DNA of 63,951 bases, the filler included, from Choristocarpus tenellus KU-1152 (lineage: Eukaryota > Protista > Phaeophyceae), in the NCBI GenBank assembly GCA_964200185.2. It is 11 parts of 11 records of this genome, joined end to end, with 100 filler letters (N's around TTAATTAATTAA, not from the genome) between each part and the next. Parts side by side here need not be neighbours in the genome. Positions count along the whole stretch, not along the records: positions 24,411 to 27,403 come from CAXNAD020023073.1; positions 27,504 to 31,627 come from CAXNAD020016095.1; positions 31,728 to 37,103 come from CAXNAD020010992.1; 8 more parts are not named here. One strand, given 5' to 3'. Positions 24,411 through 37,203 of this stretch are shown here, in pieces (the first letter of the stretch is position 1; each line of letters opens with the position of its first letter). A model generated the notes under the pieces. The model did no database searches, had not been told where the DNA came from, and saw only the letters and a list, made by a program, of their open reading frames with translations. A program made the translations under genes and the position numbers.

Positions 24411-24857
24411 GGGTTGTTGGATAGATATTTTTCTTTTTTTTGATATATGATCATAGATGAGGGGGGGGGGGGGGGTGAGGGGATGTTTATACTCCAGTAA
24501 TAAAGAATAAACATTTGACATATTTTATTTTTCTTGTGGTTGACATTTTTTAATGTACAGAAATTAATCCAGTAGGGTTGGGTTGTTTCAGAGTCTTGAT
24601 GGAGTACACATTGGTCTGTTTTCATCTTGTGTCTTGAAATATACACCATGCATGTGAGAAACAATTTACTAATTTTGCTATTAGTTTGTGTACATTATTA
24701 TCAACACAATTATCGACATAATAATATAATTTTCCTCTACTACATCAGCTGTGAAATCTGTTCAGAGCACCTTTGCAGTGATGCATGATAATAATCATTG
24801 ATAATGTACCTATCAAATCATTGATAATGTACCTATCAAATCATTTGATGAACACAG

Positions 24858-25037
24858 ATGATTACCCTTGGTGGTGACGCAGAGCTGGAGTTAGTAGACT
24901 CTCTGGACCCTTTTAGTGAAGGCATTGTCTTCAGTGTCCGCCCTCCCAAGAAGTCTTGGAAAAACATTGCTAATCTGTCTGGAGGAGAGAAGACCCTGTC
25001 TTCCCTGGCATTGGTGTTTGCACTTCACCATTTCAAG
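24858..25037 (+). CDS. SMC4: Condensin subunit SMC4, C-terminal ATPase exon (signature motif)
   Basis: MITLGGDAELELVDSLDPFSEGIVFSVRPPKKSWKNIANLSGGEKTLSSLALVFALHHFK is the highly conserved SMC4 sequence; AG/GT borders. Confidence 0.97.
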
Positions 25038-25072
25038 GTTGGTAGCGAAAGCTGGAGATACGTGTATGTGTA

Positions 25073-25103
<31 letters not shown>

Positions 25104-26739
25104 TTATGATTTTATTTTTATTTTTATTTACTGCTAATGCTGGGTTATTTGTTGGCCAATTGAAGTATATCACCGTAGGGGTAGTGATAGGTTTTATTCT
25201 ATTTATTTTTGTTAATGGTTTGAAGAAAAGGTAAACGGGGAATTGTGACAATCCTAACCCTAACCCTAACATGGGCTGTGGTTCTCCCTCATAATGCCAC
25301 CAGGGGAGTTCCGTGTGTCTTGTGTGCATGTATGTGTGATTGTGGTTGGCGTAAGAAGTGCAGGCACGCTGTTGGCAGAGCAGGTTCCTGGGAATACCTT
25401 GGTGATAAGATAAGGGTTAGGGTATTCTAACCTGGCATTGGATTTCCAAAGAAATTTATTTATTTTTTGGGGGTTTTGAATTTTCATCTCAGTGGATACA
25501 CTATTGGGGCTTAACCATTTCTCAGTAAATTCAACAAAATGGGGTTAAATTGTCTAGATTGTTGGTGTTGTATTTTGGTTGTGCACCAATCTATTTTATC
25601 TATTTTACAGACCTCTATTGCACTCACAGTACTTTTTTTTTTTAATAGTGGAGTGGAGGTGTTAGAGTAACCCTGTGCCAGCCAGACTTTAAGAGGTCTC
25701 TTGTATTTTCGTGATTTTTTTTTTAGGAGCACGTGTTCCTTGAATGTGATTGGCAGGTGGTATGTCACATCTTCCAAGGTCATCACTTGTCCTTAGTCCC
25801 CTACAGTGTACTTGAATAATGTTACACCAATGTGATGCATGTTATACCACTATTGGTATCACTGAGTATATACCGATTTGTTTTACCGTTAGAAGTTAAT
25901 ACTACCATCCTTACAGATCTACCAATATGCTTGTACGAATATCTCTAATTCAGTGGAAAATTGTGTATTTTGTTGGGTTAGCGATACCGATGATTTTGAA
26001 CTAAACTCTGAAGTTGTGGAGGGGTCAAGTACAAGGACTGAGAAAGAAATACTATATGGTTCTAAGAGAAATGGAACTATTTTTGCGAAGATCTTATTGG
26101 TCGGATTTAAGTGATCTCAGTACGTGGAATATTTCGACGTATTTTGACTTTTTGTCATGAAGATGAACAAACCCTAACCCCATTTCATCCACCCTATGCA
26201 CCATACGGGATGCCAGAGATGTCATGTCGTGCCATGTCTGGTTTTTGATCACCTAGTCACATAGCATACTTGTCAGCAGTAACGCTCTTTCTCACTCTCC
26301 CTGGTAGGATGAATATCATACGTTGACATTGATATCTAAGTTACAAGAAGGGGTGTGATCTTGGGGTTAGGGACCCATGCGTCTCTTCAGTCTTTTGTGT
26401 GTGTGTGTGTGTGTGTTTAGAGCAAGGTTTCTCCATCTATTATCACTAACAATACCAGTGTTTCTGGTATTTCATGTACAAGAATAGTTTGAAATGATGT
26501 TTTTTATATATTATTTGCATTTTTTTATTTGTTCTGCTTTGTCTCTCAAAAACACATTGGGTTTACTTGTGTTACCAGCATGTGTGTTTGAACACACACA
26601 CACACGAACACACGAGGATCAAATTAGGGTATATTGAGTGTACCTCATAATGTCACAACCTTGCCATACTTGTTCGACACCATTTTCAAGTTTGCGACAA
26701 GGTGGGTAAGCCTCGCACACAAAAATAATAAAAGTATCA

Positions 26740-26744
<5 letters not shown>

Positions 26745-26770
<26 letters not shown>

Positions 26771-26965
26771 TAAATTGACATCTCTTTTTTTTTTGCAGAG
26801 TGTATGTTTACTCTTGTTGTCTCTTTTTTTTTTTTTCTTTTTATCTGTTTCTCTGGTTACANNNNNNNNNNATATTTATATATATATATATATATTTAAA
26901 TTTCCATCTCTTTTTTTTTTGCAGAGTGTATGTTTACTCTTGTTGTCTCTTTTTTTTTTGTCTGT
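26745..26965. repeat. ~110-bp direct duplication around a 10-N gap (probable assembly overlap)
   Basis: (at)n tttaaatt..catctctttttttttgcagagtgtatgtttactcttgttgtctc occurs on both sides of N26862-26871. Confidence 0.6.
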
Positions 26966-27009
26966 TCATCTGTTCCTCTGATGACATGTATGTCATGTGT
27001 TTATGTTAG

Positions 27010-27125
27010 CCAACGCCTCTTTACGTGATGGACGAGATCGATGCCGCACTGGATTTCAAGAACGTCTCCATTGTAGCAAATTACATCAAGGAACGGACCA
27101 AGAACGCGCAGTTTATCATCATCAG
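27010..27125 (+). CDS. SMC4: SMC4 exon with Walker B/D-loop
   Basis: [38 protein letters not shown](S); TAG acceptor, donor AG|GCATGT. Confidence 0.96.
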
Positions 27126-27403
27126 GCATGTCGGATGTGACTTCCTGGGACAGACAGTATATGGAGTATGGTGCTTTGTTATGATGCCCTTGATTGTATT
27201 GATTGTATTGGTGTGGGATAGGTGTTTGGTTAGGGTTTGATTTGTGGCAGTGCAATGCTGGGTTGGTTGAAAGGTTGGGGTTAGTTTGTTTTTCTTTTGA
27301 TGTGTAGGGGGGGGGGGGGGGGGGGGGGGTTATACGGGTGGTAGCTTTTCGTTTTGTGAGAGGAGGGGTGCGACCACGAGAGGATCGCTCTATGTGGATC
27401 TTT

Positions 27404-27503
27404 NNNNNNNNNNNNNNNNNNNNNNNNNNNNNNNNNNNNNNNNNNNNTTAATTAATTAANNNNNNNNNNNNNNNNNNNNNNNNNNNNNNNNNNNNNNNNN
27501 NNN
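27404..27503. other. Artificial contig spacer
   Basis: N44-TTAATTAATTAA-N44. Confidence 0.97.
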
Positions 27504-28720
27504 GTGTATGTGAGCGTTGGAGCACAATATATTGGGAGTGGGGGTGGGGGGGGGGGGTTGCGAATGGAAACTACTCAACTAACTTTTTGCTTGCTAGAGT
27601 AGTACGGAAATTATTGGTGTCATCCTTGTACCAAAATGTTTCATGCGTTGGTCAACATTACACCTTCATATCACTCTGTCTCTACTACACTTCTTGTTAG
27701 CATTTTGCCAAGTGTTACGTACGTAATGTGTGTTGTGTTTTGGACTGGAGTATTACAAGTGTGACACACTTTTGTATAGGTTTTGGACTAGAGTGTTTGA
27801 GGGCACTACATAGTGTCACGTATGTTCTTGTCCATGTTATGAGTTTATCATAACATGATAAGTGTTGAGTTGTCCGAGGCGTCCAATGTCTTGTATTTCG
27901 GTAGTCTGCACAATCAATGAGTCACACAATATGACCTCTAGTACTGTTTACCCCATGGTAGCATGGATACATGTTGAGTACATTCTCCGTAGTGTTAGAG
28001 CAGGTTGGGAATTATTGTTAGGTAGACCAGCAAGTTACTGAGGGGGAATAAATGCCTTCCCACTGTCTGAAATTTGTTGTCGTTCCTACATATGATATTT
28101 GTTGTGTTTACGTTGTGGAGGTGTATTAGATACGTAGTAATATACCCTTTTATGGCTCTACCATTCTTCACTCTATATATTTCTTCCTACTTGAACAGGC
28201 ATTTGCTACATTGTGTACTGCCATTACAGCCCAATCCAACCTATTCGAAATGCTGGTCATTAGCCTACCCTATCCCCCTTCCATCCCTCTCCTTTCTCTC
28301 TGCGATGTTGATGATGCCATTGTGGCTGTGTGTTGATGCTTGTCCTCATAACTTTAGGCCATTGGTTGTGGAGATTATCACGCGCTAGTGATAACTCGCT
28401 TCAACAATGAGTGCTTTTCTACTGGGTTGAATTCGTATGGACAACTGGGACTGGGAGACGCGAAGGCTCGAAACAGGCTGGCGCATGTGGCTGGTGTGCA
28501 GGTGAGCCTGATGTGAGGAGTTGAAGTGAAATCTCAACGTGACAGACGGGAATATAACTGTAAATGCAATGTGTGACTCGCCACTAGACACAATGCTGTG
28601 GATAGTTACATCTTTTTTTTCTCGGGTACCTCACCTGCGTTCAAACGATATTTTTTTTTGTCCATAAAATGAATGGGGGCATACTCACTAACTAGCAGTG
28701 TCATAGGAAGAGTTTTTTTT

Positions 28721-29732
28721 CAAGGCCTTTCACTGGGCTGGGTTGTGGGCCGAACAAGTTCAAGAAGTTGATTGCCATGTACTTGGCTAAGTTCGAATTT
28801 GGTTGTACAGGGCCAGCTGGCAGCCTGGCTATGTTGAAGTTGTGGTGGCCATGGGCTTGGTTATGTTCAAACTGGTATTGGTTCAGCCAGTGGCCCAGTC
28901 ATGTTGAAGTAGTGACGGCCATGGACCTGACCATGTTGGAACATTTTACCTATGGCTGACTGGGTAAAACTCATTTTTGACACACAAGCCAACCACATCA
29001 TAGTATGTCACATGAACCCATTCAGTCCAAATTGCTAGACAATGCTATAATTTGAACTGTCTCAAGTAAAGCAAGTCTGGGTGGTTGATTAGAACAATAG
29101 AAATATTATTTTTTATGAAGTAAAGCAAATAAATAACTATATTACAAAAATTGTACTATTTTAGAATGTAAAGTCCTGTGATGGTATGGACTGTAGTAGA
29201 GAGACAAGTATTCTTGCAAAGCGAACTGAAGATTTTGTTATTTGGTTACAGTACTTTGGAAAAGGTGCTTAGTGCCATTTGAGCGTTTTGTATGCATTTT
29301 TTAGACACATGGGCATATTGACTCCTAAATGAAATAAATGCTGGTTATAGTTTTTTTGTGCCCTCCATCACCCTTATGCATGGAGTTCCCAAATGAATTG
29401 GACGGGTCTGTTTTTGGTAACACTGATCCAGAATTAGACCTGTTTGGCGTGTGGATCAGATTCATACAACATGTACTCGATATGTTTTGGACATGTCGCA
29501 GAGAGTTGGACAAGCCAGTGGTTACGGGTGAGATATGTTAGAGAATATTGAGTCCGGTCCAGGTGGCGGACATGGACAAGTACAACACCTAGTGGACATG
29601 ATCGAGATATGTTAGATAGTGTTGGACCAAGTCCAGGTGGTGGGCATGGGCCAGGACATGTAAAAAAATGTTGGAACCAGTCTGATCCGCAGACTGGACC
29701 GTTTTCATTTGCTGTCCCAGTGAAAGGTCCTG
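28721..29732. mobile_element. ~1-kb non-autonomous hAT-like DNA transposon
   Basis: 17-bp TIR caaggcctttcactggg / cccagtgaaaggtcctg (15/17 match); many gggcc/ggcc/ggacc subterminal motifs near both ends; AT-rich middle. Confidence 0.7.
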
Positions 29733-31627
29733 CTTTTTGGGGGGGTGGGCCTTTGACTGCTATAAAATTTTTTTAGGGGTCTACATGGTTGCACTTGCAC
29801 TGTATGGTTAGTTTCTTACCATGGAGGTTTATCTCAGCAATTTATAATCGGGTTTGGTTTAGTCAACAGTATGGTATGACTAAGAATGAAGCTGTTGATG
29901 GTATACGTGGAATTTGTTGTACTGTTCAGGGTAGATACCATAATGTTGTACCGCTGCACTGACCCCTGATTTATTACTCTGTGGAATTACAGAATTTCAG
30001 AACTAGCTGGTGACCCGCTGAGTTAAATACTTCTATTCAAAGTGTCAGTTTGTCTAACTGTATGTATTGGTGCTTGTAACCATGAGATGTGATGACACAT
30101 TAAAAAACAGTTGAAGGATTTTATTATACAGAACAGTACAGTATTGCAAAAGCCTAAATACACGCAAGGTGATACTTATGGTACAGTTATGTGTGGAGCT
30201 TCATTTGATGGTATGGCAAGATCCAGTTTATGATTGAATTTTGAGTTTTGATGGTACAGCCAAGGTTGTTATGAGGTGAAAGTGTGTTTAGAGTTACAGT
30301 TTGTTTTTTGCAGTGATATTTCCATTCGGTGTTGATGCCTGGGTGTTAGTGCCACAACGACAGTCGTGGAGATATAAAATTCATTTTTACTATTACTACT
30401 AATAAAATCGTAATCTAGCTGGTTAAAAAAAGAATACTATTAGGTACCTACGATTTTTATTTGCTGAACATAGATTTCATGCAAGTGGACGGTAGGTATA
30501 TCGTAGTTTTGTGTTTTTTTCATTTCATGGTAAGTGCACTCTGGTGCAGTACGATTGCGATTCGGACAGTATAGTGAAAAGGAACCCTAGGAACCCATGG
30601 TTGGTTTGGGGAATTCTGACAGTTACGCAAGGTTTTTTGCAATATCTCCATAGTTTCCAATAGTGCAGTGCGGATGTTGAAGGTACATCTGTTGTATGGG
30701 CTAACTGTGAATACTTCTCTCCACTGGAACCAGAACTATTGAAGTACCGGATTTTGTACTATGGTGTTTCCGCTGTGTAAACCCTGGATAACTCCTGTCT
30801 TCTGCCAACCCAGAAATCAGAGGTTGACAAAGTAGGTGACGCATTGTGATATTTACTCCTGAAGGTTTGCGGATTTGAACAACAGTGTCTTCGATGTTTT
30901 GTTGCTTAGTCATACCGTTCTCGTACTGTTCTGCCTATTGTACAGTAACAACGATATGAGCAGGTGGTGCCGTTTGACCACAAGAAGTACTGTTGTTGAC
31001 GTTATGTGTCAGATTGCTTATGTGGCTACAGCAGTAGCGGAAAGTATAGTAACACTGCACTACTCCATTTACCTACAAGTTGTTATTTGGTGGAGATATG
31101 AATATTTTCTGGGTTTAGTGGAGGGTCTGCCCAAGAGACGATCATATTTTTTAAGATACTGACTGCGACCCTGCTCTTTAGCTCTTGTTGTGAGGAGGGG
31201 CGTATATGCAGAAGTGATGTAGTTGATGGAATGGTATGACTACTGTGAAAGAAATTGATGATAGTATGACATACTGAGAATGTACATTAAGCGATGTACC
31301 CATAATTTTGGCATTGTTAACCTGCAATGTCAAATTGGTCTGCCAACCCTCCAATATGTTTTTTGAGTGGGCATCTCTGATTCATGCCCAGAATTGGCAT
31401 GTTGTTAGCAAACTGGCTCTATTTACTTCCCTTCTTGTGAGAGGGATATAATCGTAATTGTTTTACCCAACTCAACAACACTTTGGTGTTTTCAGTCGCG
31501 TGTACAGAAGGTGGGTATGTAAAGAGCCTTCTGCTTGACCATGCTAGAAGAAATAAATGCGGTGATGGGCATTAGAAGTGGTGGGGTTTTTTTGCTTACT
31601 GCTGTAGCGCAAATAAAGTTTAATTTT

Positions 31628-31727
31628 NNNNNNNNNNNNNNNNNNNNNNNNNNNNNNNNNNNNNNNNNNNNTTAATTAATTAANNNNNNNNNNNNNNNNN
31701 NNNNNNNNNNNNNNNNNNNNNNNNNNN
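31628..31727. other. Artificial contig spacer
   Basis: N44-TTAATTAATTAA-N44. Confidence 0.97.
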
Positions 31728-31891
31728 CGTACTGCAGGCATAGGAGCTGAGGAGGGTATGGGGTATGGGCAGAAGAGGGGGAATGATTACAGTGGGGGTA
31801 TGCACAGTCATGATGGTGTTGGAAGCATTGATATTACGATAGGAGGAGAGGACAGTGGTGAGGATGGGGGGGGAGATACTCAACAGCAGAA

Positions 31892-32045
31892 AAAAGCTGC
31901 TGTACTGACGGAGTGGGAGATGTGACGGTTTGAAATTGTGATGTGACTGTTTGTGCTTGCACAAGACAAAAAGCTGCCGTACTGACGGAGTGGGAGATGT
32001 GACGGTTGGAAATTGTGATGTGACTGTTTGTGCTTGCACAAGACG
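31892..32045. repeat. Two-copy tandem repeat, ~77-bp unit
   Basis: aaaagctgc(t/c)gtactgacggagtgggagatgtgacggtt(t/g)gaaattgtgatgtgactgtttgtgcttgcacaagac x2. Confidence 0.85.
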
Positions 32046-33717
32046 AGAGTCATCCCTGCGGGCAACATGTATGAGAGTATGCGAGTCCGATCCATCCTGC
32101 ATTGGCCGATAAATTGTTTGTACATAGTTTCTGCTGTTGGGATTGAAAGCGGCTTACTCTCTTGCCAACAAATGGTATTGTTGTGGATATCTCGGTCAGG
32201 AGTTCTCTCTCTAATGAGTGTGGGCGCTTACATAGGATTTGGGACAATGTTTGTGATGAGGCATGCTACTATTTTTTGCTCGTGTGTTGCCCTGCCCAGG
32301 GAGTCAGATGAAAAGAGGGAGTGTCCCCGAACACGTGTGGAACTGAGTTGTGTGGTCAGCCCACCACTCTATGTGCTCATGTTACAGGCATGAGGCTGTA
32401 TTTACTCACACTTGTAATAGTTAGATCCTCTAGGAGTGTAAAGTCTTGCTCACATTGTGTGCATGTGTATGACAGAGAGGTGTGGGGCTCAACAAGGTGT
32501 GGCGTGATTGGTGTGGACTTGTAGTATGAGGGGGAGAGAGCCTCAATGCAGTAGTGACACCAGAGTCAATTGCTGTGTATGATAGCTTGTACAAGTTTTT
32601 TCTACATGCATACCCTTTGTTGCGTCACATGTGACTCTGACTGTCTTGGAGTCGATGATATTGAGGCCCAGCTGCTCATTCTCTAGCAGCTGTGACAGGA
32701 ATAGGGTATCAAAAAGTGAACACGATAGTGCTCAACACCTATCACTTCGCATCGTTTTTTTCTTTTCTTTACCTTCCCACGATTGACCATCTTGCATGTT
32801 AGTTGTATATAAATTGTATGTTCACAGACGGAATCGGTCAAAGTTCCGGTGTCTAAGTTGCTTATTTATTATCCTTGCCACGTCTTTTTTGATAATCAAT
32901 CGGACTAGGGAGCTGCTTTAGGGCTAGGGCTAGGTATCGGCACTTCCATAGTTTGTTCGATTCATCAAAAAAGGTGTGACGAGGGTAACAAGCTACTCTG
33001 ATGTCAGCAGTTTCAACGGTTCACTGTGCAGATACATTGTAGAGATATTGATCATGCAGAAGATTGAAGCAACATGTCACGAAGTAGTAGTACAAGAGAA
33101 TACAGCAAACCTGACAACATAACCTGTCTTGCTTTAAAGTATGTAACATTGAGTCCAATTTGCACAACTGTGGAGCCAGTATAATCTTATCCAGGTGAGT
33201 GGTTGTGTCCTCCAAACTGGATTTATTCTGGGTTAGAATTTTAGTCTTGGGTTGAGGTAAGGAAAAACGCAAAACAGATTCAAATGTAGTCCATCCGATT
33301 TCTCCAAAACTCTGCAGGCGTTGGTGGCAAGTCACTCACTGTATGCAACGGAACTGTAAACTTTGCACATGTTCTCCAGAGAAGGCCTTGTTTGTCCCAA
33401 ATTGCATGTATTCTATGTTTGCCATGTAGTTTTGGGGAGAGATCTAAGTTCCTACAACAGACTCGAGTTACATACTATAAAACACTCCATATCTCTTGTC
33501 TGGTTGTTTTCCTGTTGTGCATTAGCAGGTTCCAACTGTAGCAGGGGGGAAATTGACCTTGATATATTTTGAACTGTTTTTTCACTTGCACATTGTTGCA
33601 TTTCATTTGTTGGATACTCTGGGAGTACAATCTAAAGAAAGTCAAGAATGATATGCTCGAATGAGAGAAACTTGAGAATGATGATGATCAGGAGATCAAA
33701 ACCATCACTCTGCTCTT

Positions 33718-34516
33718 TCAAGAACCGAACAGAGCATGCATTACTGAATGTACTTCATCATCATCAGTCATGGACCTATTATGCACACACAGTCCAGGCG
33801 CTCCCCCAATAAATCCCTTGAGGAAGGACCCATTGATGCATCCAAATCCCTGAACTGGTAGTGTGGACCCAGGGGATTCCACTGACAATGAGGACACACC
33901 AGGCAATTCGATGAGAGTGTTATTTTTGTTGTGGTTGGCTCTACTATCATACTGATTTTTTCCCTGCTGTGCACTACTAGTCGTGGCATTCTCTCTTTTA
34001 TCTCCACTGCTGGTCTCCACTGCACTTTCTTTGCCATGTCCTTTAATGATACCTTTGCCATCATTGCACCTGTTGACCAAATGAAACTCAGTATTGGATT
34101 TGACAACACAACGGGACCAAGATTCTTGTAGCCCTGCCAAAGCATGAAAAGCCTCTGGGGTGATGAAACAGGCGCCCCATATCACGCCGGTGGATGTGCC
34201 CAGGATAAAACCTGAGGGTACACATCCACCTATGTTGCCCAGGTAAGTGATAGTGCTCGGATTTTGCCACAGGGCAGCAACGCACATCCTGTGTACTGTA
34301 CCTGTTGGACCCAAGTTCCCCTGATTGGGTTCTTCCACTGGCAATGAGCATGAGAGCACTGCCATTGTCCCAGTTGATTGATCCGTGGCAACTATGTCTG
34401 GAAATGGTTGTGTTGCCTGGTGGCTCCAACGTGGGACTAGAGTCAGACAGGTGGAGACTAGACGCCCTGATCGGTGTATCCCAAGGAGAAACAGGGTTTT
34501 CTCGTCCTCATCAAAT
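33718..34516 (-). CDS. DDB1/SF3B3/CPSF160-family (CPSF_A domain) protein, last exon
   Basis: RFDEDEKTLFLLG...IVATD..G...ILGTSTGVIWG..ITPEAFHALAGLQE...GCINGSFLKGF resembles the family C-terminus (GT..G.IG...LQ...FIDGDL..F). Phase matches the upstream exon. Confidence 0.72.
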
Positions 34517-35403
34517 CTTCTTTGCCGGGCCGAGCGCACACCACCGTGACAGAGGATGAGAAGATGGATAATCAAATGTGGTAGAAAAAAGAGGGAGCGA
34601 GTTTGCGAGGATAAGGACGTGGTGAGGCCAAAGATACATACATATATATATATATATATATATGTATGTATATATATACTCTTACTATGGCTTTGCATAA
34701 AGTCATGGCAGTTCCCATTTCTTGTTTAGGATGTAGGAAAGGAATGTGGGCCCATGAATAGTGTCGAGGTTGGTGGTTGAATACTTTCTGTTGTGCAATT
34801 GCGACTCAGGAAACTGGCCTGCCACGGGATATGATGCGTGGTGGGATTTTACTTAAAAGAAGAATTTTGTTTAGGGTTAGGGGTGACTGGATGATATGGA
34901 TTGGCTAGAGTGGTCTCTTGTCCCCACCTTGTTCATTGTCTTGTCCAGGGCATTCGAAATGGGTAGGCTATGAATACAATCACTCAGTTAACGGGTTACA
35001 TCCAAGTCACATTAGTTCACTTTGACAACAAGGGAAACAACCCTCAAATTGGTGTTACTGAGATGCTCTTGTTACGAAGTGGGGGGAAGACTATTACTAT
35101 GAATAGGAAACATCAAGGCATATGACTAGGTTGCGAAATAATCTCTTAATTTGAGGGATGACTGATTCGTCCACATGGATGCACAAACCCCACTATTATA
35201 GCATCCACCATCCCTTCAAAGCGATGATGCAAAGTATAGAGGAAAGTAGAGGATTTTTCAGGGCAAAATAATATCTTCGGTTCCTACATCGCACAGGCTA
35301 TACTGTCTGTTCTGTGTTGGTTTTTGTGCAGTAGTGTTTCCTCATCCTTACTCTTGCATTTACTCTTCTCGTTATCATCCTTGGCATTGCTCAAAAGACT
35401 TAC

Positions 35404-35535
35404 CTATACACTGCTACTGAATGCAGCAACTCTGCTATAGCCACAAAATTGCCACAGGTGGCCAAGGCAGTGATGCACCCTTGGTGGGGTGTTGGGTGTG
35501 ATGCCGTCAAACATAGCCCCATGGATTGACCTGAC
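35404..35535 (-). CDS. DDB1/SF3B3/CPSF160-family protein, internal exon
   Basis: ITALATCGNFVAIAELLHSVAVYR resembles I..L...G.FI.VGDL..SV..Y; CAG acceptor, GTAAGT donor. Confidence 0.78.
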   Translation of the reverse strand, partial: VRSIHGAMFDGITPNTPPRVHHCLGHLWQFCGYSRVAAFSSSV

Positions 35536-35748
35536 CTGTAGTGCACATTGCACAGGCGGAGCATGCAAGGCGTATTATACGACACAACAAGGAGGAAAAT
35601 GTACTACAGCATTAATTTTTTTTTGATCATACGAAGTTGATACTCCGAAAACCGGTTGTTGTTGCTTGGCTTGTTTGCAAAAACATAATACAAAGATTTG
35701 CTGCATATTGCATTGGATTACTTACGTTCTACCGGCATACCTACTCAC

Positions 35749-36724
35749 TTTAGTCCCTCCTTTTCTGCCCATCCCATGACGAGAATTCTGTCGTTGACTG
35801 CAGCCGCAACAAACCTCTTGGCTATTGTCTTTAGGCAGAAACACGCCCCAGAAATCTCATCCCCTGCCCCCAGTGGCTCCAGAGATGTCCCACTCTTGTG
35901 AGATGCCCCAAAACTTCCACAGCCTTGAGATGTCTCTACTGGTTGTGAGCCTGTACCACCCCCACGATGGCACCTTGCAATCTCAAAGGCCAGCACGCAT
36001 GACACTGGAGGATCTACTTCAACGTTTTCCCATGGATCGACAGAGACTTGTCCATAACGGGCGTCATTCGCTTTGGTGCATGCCATTGCCACCACTCCTC
36101 CTCCCACAACATCACAAGACCTATTCATGCTACCTCGTGGGTGACAGCGCTTCACAACAGGGGGTTCCAGAAGAGCAAGCCCGGTTATGTCAGAGGTGTT
36201 ACAATGGACCAAGCCTCGCCAGACCTCTTCCATAGAGTCTGCATTGAACACTCTGAGACTTGGTGAACCACGGTTGCACAGGTTTGAATGTGTGTCCTTC
36301 TCGTTTCTTCTCTCTGACTCCTGCCCCCTTGGGTAAAAGCAACCAACACTTGAACCCTCACATGCCACAATTATGAACCTGCCATCTGGGACAAAAAGTA
36401 CATGGGCAGGAGTTTGACCGACAGGATGTCGGGACCAGCGCCCTTCTAGATCCCAATCCACTGAACCAAAGCACAGGGTCGTCGGAGAGGCTTCTCCATT
36501 ATCGTGGCACTTGCCAAGCGGACCTTGGTTTGCTTTGTGTTCTCCTCGCATGCCCAGAGGAGAGCTAGTGGAGTCGAGACAAGACAGCCAAGCAAAGGTG
36601 TGCTGACCATCTGTACCTCCAGCTCCAGTACTAAGAGGAACCATGCTGCGACGAGTTGAAGGGCTGGAGCGGCATAGCTGAAGGATGATGGGAGAGAGCA
36701 TGGGTCGCGAGATGCATAAAAACC
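35749..36724 (-). CDS. DDB1/SF3B3/CPSF160-family protein, large internal exon
   Basis: 318-aa ORF with beta-propeller-like strands (HVLFVPDGRFIIVAC, SLRVFNADSMEEV, ISGACFCL...FVAAAVNDRILVMGW); GTGAGT donor. The 5' boundary is approximate. Confidence 0.7.
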
Positions 36725-37002
36725 TTCAAGACCAAATGAGGAACCACCCACCCTGCTGATGATGGTTAAAACAAAGCATGTACATCTTCTATGTACCCCA
36801 ATCTGTACTGTTTTAAGAAAGCATCTGGCTCCTGCACTATAATAAAATCTCAGAGTATGTCAATGCTTGTGGTTTCTGACTGAATTTAGGATCACAATTC
36901 TGAGGCTTGTGAGCTTGACCTTGGTGTGCTAGTGTGGCTGATTGCCACAACAATTGCGGCTATCACACCTTCGAAAAAAGTGCTGTAAAAAAGGAAACTG
37001 TT

Positions 37003-37103
37003 GGCTCAAAGTATCTGGGGGGGGGGGGGGGGGGGGGGGGGGGGGTGTGGGGGGGGGGGTGTTGGTGGTGCGGGGTTTTGTGGGGCTTGTTTGTTTTGCC
37101 ATG
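37003..37103 (+). mobile_element. Start of a GACTCAAAGTATCT-family element at the contig edge
   Basis: ggctcaaagtatctggggg matches 58489 and 61207; low-quality G-run sequence follows. Confidence 0.5.
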
Positions 37104-37203
37104 NNNNNNNNNNNNNNNNNNNNNNNNNNNNNNNNNNNNNNNNNNNNTTAATTAATTAANNNNNNNNNNNNNNNNNNNNNNNNNNNNNNNNNNNNNNNNN
37201 NNN
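37104..37203. other. Artificial contig spacer
   Basis: N44-TTAATTAATTAA-N44. Confidence 0.97.

Noticed and set aside
26745-26965. Genuine tandem duplication in an SMC4 intron
   Set aside because: It straddles a 10-N gap, which is typical of unmerged overlapping contig ends.
37017-37103. G-quadruplex or poly-Gly ORFs at contig edges (also ~7748, 24461, 27307)
   Set aside because: Long G-runs next to gaps are followed by low-quality, biased sequence and are probably sequencing artefacts.
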